Positions 46,836 through 58,330 of a stretch of 64,000 nucleotides of DNA are shown here, piece by piece. Made by a program: the position numbers and the translations under genes. Where the stretch lies: assembly GCA_032718475.1 (NCBI GenBank), contig JAUCBJ010007289.1, positions 420,741-484,740 on the forward strand, written 5' to 3'. The first letter of the stretch is position 1, and each line of letters starts with the position of its first letter. Source of the stretch: Nemertoderma westbladi (Eukaryota > Animalia > Xenacoelomorpha). The notes beneath the pieces were generated by a model. It did not search any database. It saw only the letters and a list, made by a program, of their open reading frames with translations, and was not told where the DNA came from.

Positions 46836-49800
46836 CTTCTTTATTGCAGTAAGCAATAAAGTTGAAAGTACCGGTCGACCGGTAAACCTGAACCGGTACT
46901 GCTGTAGGTCCGTAGGCCTAACAGCCTGAACCGGTACTGCTGTAGGTCTGTAGGCCCAACTATCAGAACCGGTACTGCTGTAGGTCTGTAGGCCTAACTG
47001 CCTGAACCGGTACTGCTGTAGGTCTGTAGGCCCAACTGTCCTAACCAGTACTTCCACTATAAGTACATTAGTATTATTCGATTTTGATTGTTGTATACCG
47101 GTAGGTCTTAGTACTTAATCAGGGAACGGCCGCCCTGGTTTTTATTGAGATTTTACTTATTTCTGTCGGTTTTATTTACATGTAAGTTAATATTAAGCTG
47201 AAGATGTGTAAGTCTGCTCAGATTGTTCAGATAATTGTAGGCTGGACTGTTGTCTGACTGTTGTTGAGTCTGGAGAGATTGCGGCGTGTGTAGAGTCTGT
47301 CCGATAAAGTGCCAGTTAGTAAGTTGGGGCATCTTGGGTTGTAAGGTCAACCCCCTCCTAAAGAATAAGTCGTACTACCGTGTTAGAACGCATACTAACT
47401 AACCATTTTGGAATCTGCATATACTGTAGTTTATTTAGGCTTGATAGTAGTCTGCCAGCGTTTTAGCCTGTGTTTGTTTGTGTGGTCTGTTCAGGTACCG
47501 TAATAGTTATTACTCAGATATTTTGTAGGCTGGATTGTTGTCTAGCTATTATTAGGTCTGGAGAGATTGCGGCGTGCATAGAGTCTGTCCGATAAAGTGC
47601 CAGTTAGTAAGTTGGGGCATCTTGAGTTGTAAGGTCAACCCCCTCCTAAAGAATAAGTCGTACTACCGTGTTAGAACGCATACTAACTAACCATTTCGGA
47701 ATCTGCACATACTGTAGTTTATTTAGGCTTGATGGTAGTCTGCCAGCGTTTGGTTTGTATTTTGTTTGAGTATTCTGTACGGGTAGCGTAATATTTATTA
47801 TTCAGAATTTATGCGATTATTCGCAACATTCATGTCCCCAAGTTTATTCCTACAGTAATTGTGCTTGTTACACATACCGTTATAGTTAAATTAACCCCGG
47901 TACTACACGGGCTGCTTGGCGTAGGTAAAGACTGGTGACTTTGTGCTCCGGTCACTCCAGCAGATGCCGTGGTTCTTTTAACTGTTCAAGTATATTTAAC
48001 TGCTAGTTATCTGTTTTTAATAAGTACTTGTACCTAATTTAGGGTTTGGTGTACAGTGCTTTCCGAAAGTAATTAGTGTGTAGGCAGTGTATTGTGTTGT
48101 AAAGTGGTTAATAGGCACGTTGGATCTGGTAGTCCGCGGTAATTAACTTCTAGGTAGGAACACTCCGTGATACATAACGTAGTACCTATAGCGATACGGC
48201 TATAGGTCGTCAGACGGTGGTATTTTTCCTATCTGGACAACGCAGTATATTGACTACTGCTTTATTATTTTCAAATACCGTAGTACCCTGTCTGTTGTAA
48301 TAACCAGAAGTTCTAACCCTTTGTTAGACTGGTTTGTAGTTTCCCTGTAAAATTACCCTAAAATTTCGTACGTAATATTTTGTTGTGTTTAGTTAAAGAA
48401 TTAATCTCACCCGTATCGTAAATAATTCGTAGATAAGTAACTTAGGTAAATTAGAATTATTTGTTTTAGTGTCCAACAAGTAGCACTTCACTGAGAGCGC
48501 ACAGCTTCTGTGTAGTGACTCCCCCCAGAAATAATAACATTTATTTCAAATATTGACAAAACCCATTTTAAACGGGTATATATATATTATAAATCAACTC
48601 AAACGATTTATAAAGAGTAGGCCTGCCATACAACAACTAGGTCTCAATATCAGTTGGACTACTGCTTAAATAACGGTAATAAAGTAAGTTAAAGTAACCA
48701 AGTAACCCTAAAATTTCAGAAATTAAATTATTCTAAAATAATTGACATACCGGTATTTACCATAGGCTTATTATATTTATTTCTATAAATTTGGGCTGAA
48801 ATCATACCGGTATTCTGTAATTAATTCTAGTTCATAATTATACTTATATATACTATAAGTGTAAGCTGCATACCGGTATTCACGATAGGCCTATTATATA
48901 TTTATATATATTTGTGCTAAAATTATATACCGGTATTCTGTGACAAACCTAGTCTACAATACTTATATATACTATAAGTGTATACCGGTATTCTAACATA
49001 TTGTAATTAATTACCGGTACTAGGCCAACGGTCATACTGAATTACTAGACTTGCTTTAACTGTAACTATAGCAGTAAGCATTCAACTGTATAGCTAAGTA
49101 TGTCTGACACAAAGCAAAACCTGTCAGACAGTCTAATCGATACAACCATCTGTGACATAGTTAGGAGTGTGGAGCGATTAAGAAAGGGGTTCAGCTCACC
49201 TCCTACTGAAAGAAAGGTCATCCCTCCAGTAGTAATATCAGACCCTAGGCTAATCCAACACCGTAGGTCTATCATCGGCACTCGGGCCCAGGTCAAACGG
49301 AACCAAGAAGCAGCTGTCCAACAGCAGCAACATCCTAGTCCAGAAACTCGTTCCCAGCGACCCGATAGCTCCAGTAGTTCGGATACTGTAGAGCTGACCC
49401 CCGAACGCGGAGTGAAGATGGCAGATACAGCCTATTCGGATCCCCTTCTCACCCTTCCTGCCGCAGTACTAACTACGATATTGATTGCGGTGGAGGAACA
49501 CCAAGTCGATTGGGCGAGAAGTAAGCGAGCGACCCAAGATAGTTACGCGGGATACGCCAGGGAAGAATTGATGTCTATTGTCGAGTCACAATGGAACTTT
49601 CCCGGACCCGGATTCCCGTTAGACTTATCTGAAGCTACCTGGGAAGACATACACAGGATGGGAGTGACTAAAGATACGATGGATCCAGCTGTTTGGAAGA
49701 GGTCAGCAGCAGGATATGTGCAGGGATTCTTCGGCTCCTTAGAGCGATTAGAAGAACAACTGTTTCGACAACCCAAAGGACCTCAAGAGCAGGAAGAGCT

Positions 49801-52800
49801 GCTTTATCAAGTACGTGAAAGAACCCTACGCATTAGGCTAATCCTATCAGCCTTTGAGGAAACTTCCAAAAGAAGACAGGACACGTCGCTGCAAGTTGCT
49901 GTCAATACTTGGTTCCAGCGGGTAGGTCTCAAAGTTCAAGAAACGGCCCAGTGGAAATCCCAGCTGGCTGAGCGACCAACCTATGAAGAATCAACCGATG
50001 CCACCCTTTCTCAAGTGGAAAGCGAAGTGACAGCAGAGAGACCGCGAACGAGAGATGCCATCGACATCTATCTGTCAGACTATCAACGCTTCTTAGGTGA
50101 TGAAGAGTTGAGGAGACGACTGGCTGGACTTCGCCCCAATAGTGAAGGAGCCAAGCTTGTGTTGGACTCCATCGATGCGGAAATGTTAGTTGTAAACCAA
50201 GCTAAATTTGATGAAAAACTCCGCCTCGCTAGTGTCCAAGAAGAACAAGTAAAGAAAAGACGGATAGAGGACCGAAAGGCAGCAGCAGTAGCAGCGGCAA
50301 TGGCAGAAGCAGAAGCGGAAAGAAAGGAGGCAGCGGCAATGGCAGAAGCAGAAGCAGAAAGAAAGGCGGCAAAGGCAGTGGCAGAAGCAGAACGGAGAGC
50401 GTCTGAGGAGACTACCCAACTGGAGTTGGAAAATCTTCAAGAGACGCAAGACAACATAAATAAACAATTAACTGCTAGTCAAATGCAGATGATGAGTCGA
50501 TCTACTCCCAAATGCCAGGGATACACATCATCGGAGGAAGGCGAGACCACCGATCCTGAAGGCGGAGGAAATAGATCTCGTCTAAGCAGGCGTAGAAAAA
50601 CATCTCACCGTCACAAATTGCCTGATTTGCCCCCAGCTGTTAGAAGACAACTAGCTAGCACAGACTTAGGTAGTACAGAACCCACAGACCAAATTATTAA
50701 GGTCAAAAGACTCCCTACGATAGTCGATGAGCCTGAAATAATTAGGCCTCTCGTTCCCAAAGCCACTCCTGTGCTAGAGACCCCTGTACTTCCAGAGCTT
50801 AACTCTAAATTCCCTTTACACAGTACTACACTGCCTGTACCCGGTAGAACAGTCCATGAGAAAATCCCTGTCCTGGACGCTGAGAGAGAAATCAAAGATT
50901 TGTCTCCCGTCGTCCCGCGTCGGCCCGCTACAATGTTGGCGACTCCCGCTTCGGCGGTCGAGTGGGTAGAGGAGGGACGGCGGGGGATGAATCTCCTGCT
51001 CGGACAGATGCAGGAGACTGTCCACCAACTTAAGGGAACAGTAAGGGAAAGTAGGGTAGAATTGCAAGAAGTGCAGCAAAGCATCGCGCTAGAACGCGAC
51101 AAATTAGTCAATATACAAAAGGGTATACCAATACCCCCAGTAACATTGTGTCAACCTGTTAGGTCTGAAGTATTACATGCGCAAGGTGGGGAGCCTACAC
51201 GCATCTATACTGCTAGTGAAGTAGAAACTCCTATAGCAAACCCTATTAAGGGTGATTATAAACCTGTTGTTAATGATATTCCCTATAGACCTGATAATAA
51301 TCCGAGAAATTTATATACCGATAATTCGATATTAAATAACACGATGGCCCAAGAAAGCTTTACGCGTCAGATGGCTAGAACAGAAGCCCGCCAAGCGGTC
51401 AAAGTGGGAGAGATCGTCAAATTCAATGGAGATGAGATGAAATGGTTACCTTTCAATGAATATTACAAAGATAGCATACAGAACTCTGTACTATCTAAAG
51501 GAGAGAAACTTAGATTCCTCATCAAGTGCTTGGAAGGACCTCCCAAGTTAATGGCGTTAAAGTTTATTGGACATCCAGATGGATTAAGACAAGTTTGGGA
51601 TACATTAAACACCAGGTATGGTAATAAGGATAACATAGCTAAGTATTTGTATGCAAAATTAGTAGCCCCCCGAAACTTCCTTAGTAGCGGGATTATAGAG
51701 TTTTCCGATGAGATTCAGGAGATCTGTGGACAATTGGACTGGTTAGGTAAGTCTCATGAATATCAGAGTTCCATGGTTATTGGAGCCGTAGTCTCTACTT
51801 TACCAAAGGGTGGAGTATGTACACGCTGGGACAAGAAAGTGTTGTATATGAATGAGCAGCAACAACGAGGCCCTACCATGGCTGATCTCATGTCCTTCTT
51901 AGATGGTGAAGTAAAACTACAACTCATAAAGCAGTCCAGAGAGAAAACATCGGAAAATAAGGTAAGTGAGAAACCCGTTTCTAGGAGAAGAGTAACACCA
52001 GTGTGTTACACTGACGACGGCGAAAGCCAAGCTTCTCAGGAAGAGGACAGCGGAAAAGACACTGATAGATTTTACTACGTTAACAAAACCTCAAAACACG
52101 TAAGTAAATACAAGGCTCGAACCAACGATAGGAGAGAACAGGTTGCCAAGACTCCTCCTCAGTCTCCTATCAGAATGCACGGAAGAAAGCCCGAAGAAAG
52201 AACGAAAGTGCATAACGTTACCCAAGGTAAAGTGAGTAACATCACCAAACTGTGCGCTGTGCGACGGGCCCCACCGTTTGAGTGCGTGTGCTGAATTCCT
52301 AAAGAAATCCCTGGTAGACAGACGTGAAGTCATGTGGGATAAGCGGTTATGCTATAATCGCCTCAGACCAGGACACCAACGGCGAACCTGTTACTCCGAC
52401 GTAAAGTGTGCAAAGTGCGGTGCGAAACATCACATCTTGTTACACAGTGAATTCGAACGAAACCACCCGAGTCAGGTAAGTGAGCCCGAACTACATGTCC
52501 AATTCAGTGATGTAAATGACACTGATCAAGAGTCTGAGATGGAAGGATTCTATACTGACGAATTCTCCGACGCCAACGAATCCTGTTACCTAATAAATAC
52601 CGCAGTGTATCGAGCACTTACTTACGAAAAGGACACCGACAATGAGTTCCCCCCAACTACCTTTGACAGACAACCATCTTGGAAAGATCCAACTTCCAAC
52701 GTAGGAATCAGAGAATTTCCTGTGGTGCAGGTAAGAGTTCACGGTCCTAACAAAAGTTACATAGTGAACGCCCTCCTTGACTCCGGCAGCACAGGAACAT

Positions 52801-54079
52801 TCATCGATCAAGAACTAGCCGAAGATATCTTTGCTGGACAACCCAAATTCCAAACTAAGTTGAATATGTCCGGAATTATGCAGGTTTGGAAATCTACCCT
52901 AACGGCAGATTACTATGTAGGTGCGTTGTCCACCCCCCAGGATAAATTAGGAGCACAAAGTATAAGGTCAGTATAAATGGTGGCTATAAGGAACTTCGCT
53001 ACTACCCAAGTAGAACCTTATAACTGGGACGAGGACGAGAGCATCCAACAGCTTAAGATACCTCGATTCCCGACAGATTATCCTGGAGTGCAAATACTCA
53101 TCGGCCAAAACGCGCATGAGGCGCTCAAGACATTGGAGAAACGGCCTGCTCAACCGCAGCCGCTACAAACCTATGCGGTAAGAACTAGAGTAGGTTGGTA
53201 CTTTACTGGCCCTTCCCGTAGAACTCTCAAAGAGAGATTACCACCGGAAAGAATATACCAAGTAAATGATTGGGAAGTGGATAGCAGTGAGGTGGATGAA
53301 CTAACTGAGGGAACACCATACTCCTCAGATAACGACGACATCTACCAACTCTTCGATGAAGAGAACACAATCGACCTACTTACAGAAAACAAAACTTGGA
53401 AAAAAAAAGGTGAACCTATGTCAACTGATTCGCCCATCGGGACCCATTGATTACAATGACGAACTAAATGATGAGATAGAGCGCTACAACGCTAGAACTA
53501 GGGACGAACTCGCCGTACGATTCTTTACTCAAGAATTGGTAGAGCCCAATTCATACGATAAGGCCCTATCAATAGAAGAAGAAAGAGCCAAGCAAATCCA
53601 GGAAACAACTACACGTTTTTTAAAAGATCAAGGTAGATATGAAATCGGCCTACCATTTCGAAAACGAGAACCTAGATTTATAAATAACAAACCCTTGGCA
53701 GAGAAAAGAATCACTCAATTACATCGACGCCTTATGGCTAATGCTTCAGCTAAAGAAATGTACCAAACTCAGTTGAAGAAATTTATTACAAAGGGATACG
53801 TGGAGCGAGTACCGGAAGGAACACCAGTAACTGAGAGAAACTGAGGGAAAGAATATACCAAGTAAATGATTTACATCCAAGTAAATGGTTTGTTTTACAA
53901 TAGGATGTGGATGCTAACCGATAACTAGCTAGGTACTTAAAAATAAGTAGTGAGCATACTATACTGGCTTGACATCCAGACTGATTGGCGCCTTATTCTA
54001 TCTCGGAAGTCGGCAGCTTTCGCCGGTTATTCGCGAGTTATTTCTGGATACGTATACAATAACGGGCGACTAGGTCGCT

Positions 54080-57000
54080 ATGCCGAAACGGTGCTGCCAA
54101 TGTCAGTATTCGATGCGAGCTGGCGGCCGTTGCAGCACGACCTCGAGGTGTAGGTGCCAGTGTCGAGGGCGGCCATGTGACAGCTGCGCCTTACTGGAGG
54201 AAGGAAGATGCGACAATCCCTGGAATCCGAACAGAAGCTCGTTTTCCCAACCACTTATGTCGTCCCTACCGGACAATGTCGACGACGTATCACGAATGTC
54301 GCTGTCTCAACCCGTGGAATGTACATCCAACTTTGGTGACGTCACTCTAGTTGATGCAGATGAGACGATATTGGAAGATTCCCTTACATTCCATAGTCCT
54401 CTAGGTAGTCCGCCTTCACCTCGATTCAGTTCACCGCTTTCTGGTGAGGTCCCTGTGTCCAGTCTGTCGGACGTCCCAGTGACCAGCCTGTCTGATGTCC
54501 CTGTGACCAGTCTCTCGTGTGTCCCCGCCACCAGCATGTCGGGTGTCCCAGTCGCCAGTCTAGCGGGTGTCCCTCTCTCCAGTTTGTCAGGTGTCCCTGT
54601 CACCTGTCCGTCCGGTGTTCCCGCCACTATTCTGCCAGGTGTCGCTGCCACCAGCATGTCAGGTGTTCCTGTCACCAGTTTGTCGGGTGTCTCTGTCACC
54701 AGTTTGTCGGGTGTCCCTGTCACCAGTCTGTCGTGTGTCCCTGTCACCAGTCTGTCGTGTGTCCTTGCCACCCCCACCAGTCTGTCTGATGTCCCTGTCA
54801 CAAGTTTGTCGGGTGTCCCTGTCACAAGTTTGTCGGGTGTCACTGCCACTGCCACCAATCTGTCGGGTGCCCCTGTCACCGCCACCAATCTGTCGGGTGT
54901 CCCTGTCACAAGTTTGTCGGGTGTCCCTGTCACTGCCACCAATCTGTCGGGTGTCCCTGTCACCGCCACCAATCTGTCGGGTGTCCCTGTCACCGGTCTG
55001 TCGGGTGTCCCTGTCATCGGTCTGTCGGGTGTCCCTGTCACCAGTTTTTCGGGTGTCCCTGTTACCGGTCTGTCGGGTGTCCTTCTCCCTGTCACCGCCA
55101 CCAGTCTATCGGATGTCCCTGTCACCAGACCGTCGGGTGTCCTTCTCCCTGTCACTGCTACCAGTCGGTCGGATGTCCCTGTCACCAGTCTGTCGGATGT
55201 CCCTGTCACCGGTTTGTCAGGTGTCCCTGTCACCGCCATAAGTCTGTCGGATGCCCCTGTCCCCAGTCTGTCGGGTGGCAACCATTGTTGTAGCTGCAGC
55301 GCATCTGGGGGGCGTTGCACTAGGTGTGTATGCGCAAAGGAAGGGCGTCACTGCACTATTTGTGGTCCGCTGTTGGTGGGGAGATGTGAGAATTTCATTG
55401 GTCCCATTAACCCTAAACCCATTCCTGACCTTTCCCGGGTTTGTCCAGTAGTCCGTCAAAGGCCTTCTTCAATGTTGACAACAAGGTCACCAACGATATC
55501 TTGGTTCGGACAACCAATACCTGCCCCAGCTTTCTTAGACACATTACATCGAGTGTACAATGTGATAGTCCATTGGCGATCGAATTTGTTTCTTCTTCCC
55601 CCAGGCGCGGCCGGTCGCGAGGTCGTTTCCGAGATGTCACGGCTCCTCAACATGTTCAGTGGCGACTTCGGACTCGAGGATGCTGCTCTAACGGCGTTAA
55701 TGATTCTCCCCGCCCTCCTCCTACAGAAACCATCCCGCTCATCGAACGCAGCGACCCACCGACGAGTTTTAGAACGTCGCATGAAATCTTGGAAACTCGG
55801 CCGGTTTGAAGAACTTCTCCAAGAGGCCAGCGCAATCCAAGCCCACCTCAAACGTGGTTCCTCCCGCGTGGCAACCATCCATAATAATGCAGCTGAGCGC
55901 ACTTTCTGCCGGCACATGCTGGTCGGCAATGTGAGTGCAGCCGTTCGTAGTCTAGACGAGCTGTCTAAGGGCGGGTTACTTAAACTTAGCCAGATAGTTA
56001 CAGATAAGAACGGAGTCACTAAAACTGTGAAGGAGTTTCTGTTGGACAAACATCCCCCTGCGGAAACAGCAGACAATACGACATTGCTGGAGGGATTTGA
56101 TCGGGCACCTGAGTTCCATGGAGTTATATTCGAGAAGATTGACGCCCAGTTGGTTCTCACTAGCCTCCTTCATATTAACGGGAATGCTGCTGGCCCTTCC
56201 GGTCTCAACGTCCAGGGATGGAAGTACATTGCCACCCGATTCCGGGGAGCCTCTTCTGAGCTATGTTCAAGCATCGCCATGGCAGCGAGAAAGGTTGCCC
56301 AAACACCAATTGACTCTGGTCGTCTCTCATCGTTACTCTCGGCTCGCCTGGTTGCTATAGATAAGTGCCCGGGCGTCAGGCCGATTGGCATAGGGGAGGT
56401 ACTCCGACGCATTATTGGAAAGTCAATCATTGCGAGCGTCTCGGATGATCTACAGACTGTTGGTGGCTCAGTACAGTTATGTTGCGGGCAGAAAGCGGGG
56501 ATTGAACACGCCGTACATAGTCTAAATGATGCGTTTGACAGCGACGGGTGCGAGGCGGTTCTACAAGTGGACGCAAACAATGCGTTTAATTCATTAAACC
56601 GCAGCGCTGCGACACACAATATCGGCATCGTTTGTCCTTCCCTAAAGACTGCGGTTTCCAACTGCTACGCCCAGCCAACTAAGCTGTTTATCGGGGGCGA
56701 GTTTATATACTCGTCCGAGGGTTTTACCCAGGGCGACCCTCTCGCCATGCCGAGCTACGCCGTTGGGACGATCCCGCTGTTAGATGAGCTGGAGGAAGCG
56801 TCCAGCGTGAACCAGAAGTGGTATGCGGACGACGGGAATGCGGCCGGAACGCTGTCTGAGCTCCGGAAATGGTGGGACGTAGTCGCTGCGCGGGGTCCTT
56901 TATACGGGTACTTTCCGACGAAATGTGTCCTCCTCGTAAAGCCAGAGTTTCTTGGAGAAGCAGAGTCCCTATTCCCGGAACCCTGCTTTACGATCGAGGT

Positions 57001-58330
57001 CCGTGGGTGCCGACTTCTCGGCGGCGCCGTCGGCACTGAAGAGTTCCGACAGGAGTTCGTCGACGCCAAGGTTACCGAGTTTATCCGACAGGTGGAGCGT
57101 CTCGAAGGAATCGCCGCCATTGACCCGCACTGCGTATACGCGGGCCTCGCGATTGGGTTGTCGGCGCATTGGCGATACATATCGCGCGTTATTCCGCAGT
57201 CTACGGATCGGTTCGGAGATCTCGAGGCTGCCGTCGAGAAGTGTCTTGCGTCGTTAGCGGGGCAGCCTGCCATCACTCCTGCGGAACGGGAACTCTGTTC
57301 GCTCCCGGTGCGCCTTGGAGGTTTAGCGATCCCGCTTCCGTCCGACCTAGAGGAGCAATATAGTAATTCTAGATTATTATGTGCGCCATTTAATAAGGGG
57401 GGTAACGTAAAAGAAAGAGCGGAACGGCAAAAAGAGGCTACTAACCTTATTAGGATCCGGGAAACCGCCAACCTGAAGAAGAAGGTCGAGGAGGTTCATT
57501 TAGGACTCAATCGGGACCAACAACACCTACGGGAGCTGACATCCGAGAAGGGCGCGTCGTCCTGGCTAAACTCTCGCCCGGTGACGATCCACAACACTCA
57601 CCTGGGTAAGCAGGAGTTCCGCGACGCTCTATGCCTGCGCTATGGTTGGCAACCGAGACTTCTTCCGGCCCGGTGCGCCTGTGGGACACGATTTTCAGTA
57701 AATCACGCTATGTCGTGTCCCACAGGCGGCTATCCGTCTATTCGCCACAATGAAGTCCGCGATTTCTTCGCCACTACACTAACCGAAGTAGCGCATAACG
57801 TCGCGGTCGAACCTCATTTGCAGCCAGTCACCGGTGAGCAGTTCATCCGACATTCCACTTCCACCGACGACCAAGCCCGCCTCGATGTGTCAGTCTGCGG
57901 TTTCTGGGGTTCCAGGTATCAGAAGATATTCCTGGATGTCTCCATCTTCAACCCCCTAGCCCCCACGAATGCTGCAATGCCTCTCGCCGACGCCCACCTC
58001 CATCACGAGGCCCGCAAGCGTAATCTTTATGACGAGCGGATTCGTGAAATTGAGTTGGCGACATTTACGCCGCTCATATTCTCGGCGTATGGTGGCTTCT
58101 CGCCAACCACGTCTCAGTTCGTGAAGCGACTCGGAATATTACTCTCAGAGAAGCGTGAGGCACCGTACTCAGAGTGTATTCGTTGGATCCGCCGTGAATT
58201 GAGTTTCGCACTCCTCCGCGCGGGTTTAATGTGTCTGCGGGGTGCGCGTTCTGCACGGAATCGACCGGTACGCTTCGATACTCCGATACAGATGTCCAAC
58301 TCCGACACCGACACGTCGCCGTACCCATAG
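54080..58330 (+). CDS. Intact 1,416-aa protein: two Cys-rich CXC-like modules, VPVTSLSG repeats, RT, CCHC finger, restriction-like endonuclease
   Basis: GVRPIGIGEVLRR, QVDANNAFNS, GFTQGDPLAM, WYADD, CACG..HAMSC, IRHNEVRD, RLDVSV..FLDVSI..HEARKRNLY, FTPLIFSAYGG. These motifs are typical of CRE-clade RT-RLE proteins. Confidence 0.92.
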   Translation: MPKRCCQCQYSMRAGGRCSTTSRCRCQCRGRPCDSCALLEEGRCDNPWNPNRSSFSQPLMSSLPDNVDDVSRMSLSQPVECTSNFGDVTLVDADETILEDSLTFHSPLGSPPSPRFSSPLSGEVPVSSLSDVPVTSLSDVPVTSLSCVPATSMSGVPVASLAGVPLSSLSGVPVTCPSGVPATILPGVAATSMSGVPVTSLSGVSVTSLSGVPVTSLSCVPVTSLSCVLATPTSLSDVPVTSLSGVPVTSLSGVTATATNLSGAPVTATNLSGVPVTSLSGVPVTATNLSGVPVTATNLSGVPVTGLSGVPVIGLSGVPVTSFSGVPVTGLSGVLLPVTATSLSDVPVTRPSGVLLPVTATSRSDVPVTSLSDVPVTGLSGVPVTAISLSDAPVPSLSGGNHCCSCSASGGRCTRCVCAKEGRHCTICGPLLVGRCENFIGPINPKPIPDLSRVCPVVRQRPSSMLTTRSPTISWFGQPIPAPAFLDTLHRVYNVIVHWRSNLFLLPPGAAGREVVSEMSRLLNMFSGDFGLEDAALTALMILPALLLQKPSRSSNAATHRRVLERRMKSWKLGRFEELLQEASAIQAHLKRGSSRVATIHNNAAERTFCRHMLVGNVSAAVRSLDELSKGGLLKLSQIVTDKNGVTKTVKEFLLDKHPPAETADNTTLLEGFDRAPEFHGVIFEKIDAQLVLTSLLHINGNAAGPSGLNVQGWKYIATRFRGASSELCSSIAMAARKVAQTPIDSGRLSSLLSARLVAIDKCPGVRPIGIGEVLRRIIGKSIIASVSDDLQTVGGSVQLCCGQKAGIEHAVHSLNDAFDSDGCEAVLQVDANNAFNSLNRSAATHNIGIVCPSLKTAVSNCYAQPTKLFIGGEFIYSSEGFTQGDPLAMPSYAVGTIPLLDELEEASSVNQKWYADDGNAAGTLSELRKWWDVVAARGPLYGYFPTKCVLLVKPEFLGEAESLFPEPCFTIEVRGCRLLGGAVGTEEFRQEFVDAKVTEFIRQVERLEGIAAIDPHCVYAGLAIGLSAHWRYISRVIPQSTDRFGDLEAAVEKCLASLAGQPAITPAERELCSLPVRLGGLAIPLPSDLEEQYSNSRLLCAPFNKGGNVKERAERQKEATNLIRIRETANLKKKVEEVHLGLNRDQQHLRELTSEKGASSWLNSRPVTIHNTHLGKQEFRDALCLRYGWQPRLLPARCACGTRFSVNHAMSCPTGGYPSIRHNEVRDFFATTLTEVAHNVAVEPHLQPVTGEQFIRHSTSTDDQARLDVSVCGFWGSRYQKIFLDVSIFNPLAPTNAAMPLADAHLHHEARKRNLYDERIREIELATFTPLIFSAYGGFSPTTSQFVKRLGILLSEKREAPYSECIRWIRRELSFALLRAGLMCLRGARSARNRPVRFDTPIQMSNSDTDTSPYP
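54448..55277 (+). repeat. 24-bp coding minisatellite (GTCCCTGTCACCAGTCTGTCGGGT, VPVTSLSG), ~30 degenerate units
   Basis: Directly visible; indels are frame-preserving multiples of 3 nt. Confidence 0.92.

Noticed and set aside
54307-55320. 337-aa antisense ORF and alternative-frame ORFs over the minisatellite; other 60-240-aa shadow ORFs over gag, pol and RT genes
   Set aside because: By-products of a stop-free 24-bp repeat and of codon bias on the coding strand; no domain motifs.
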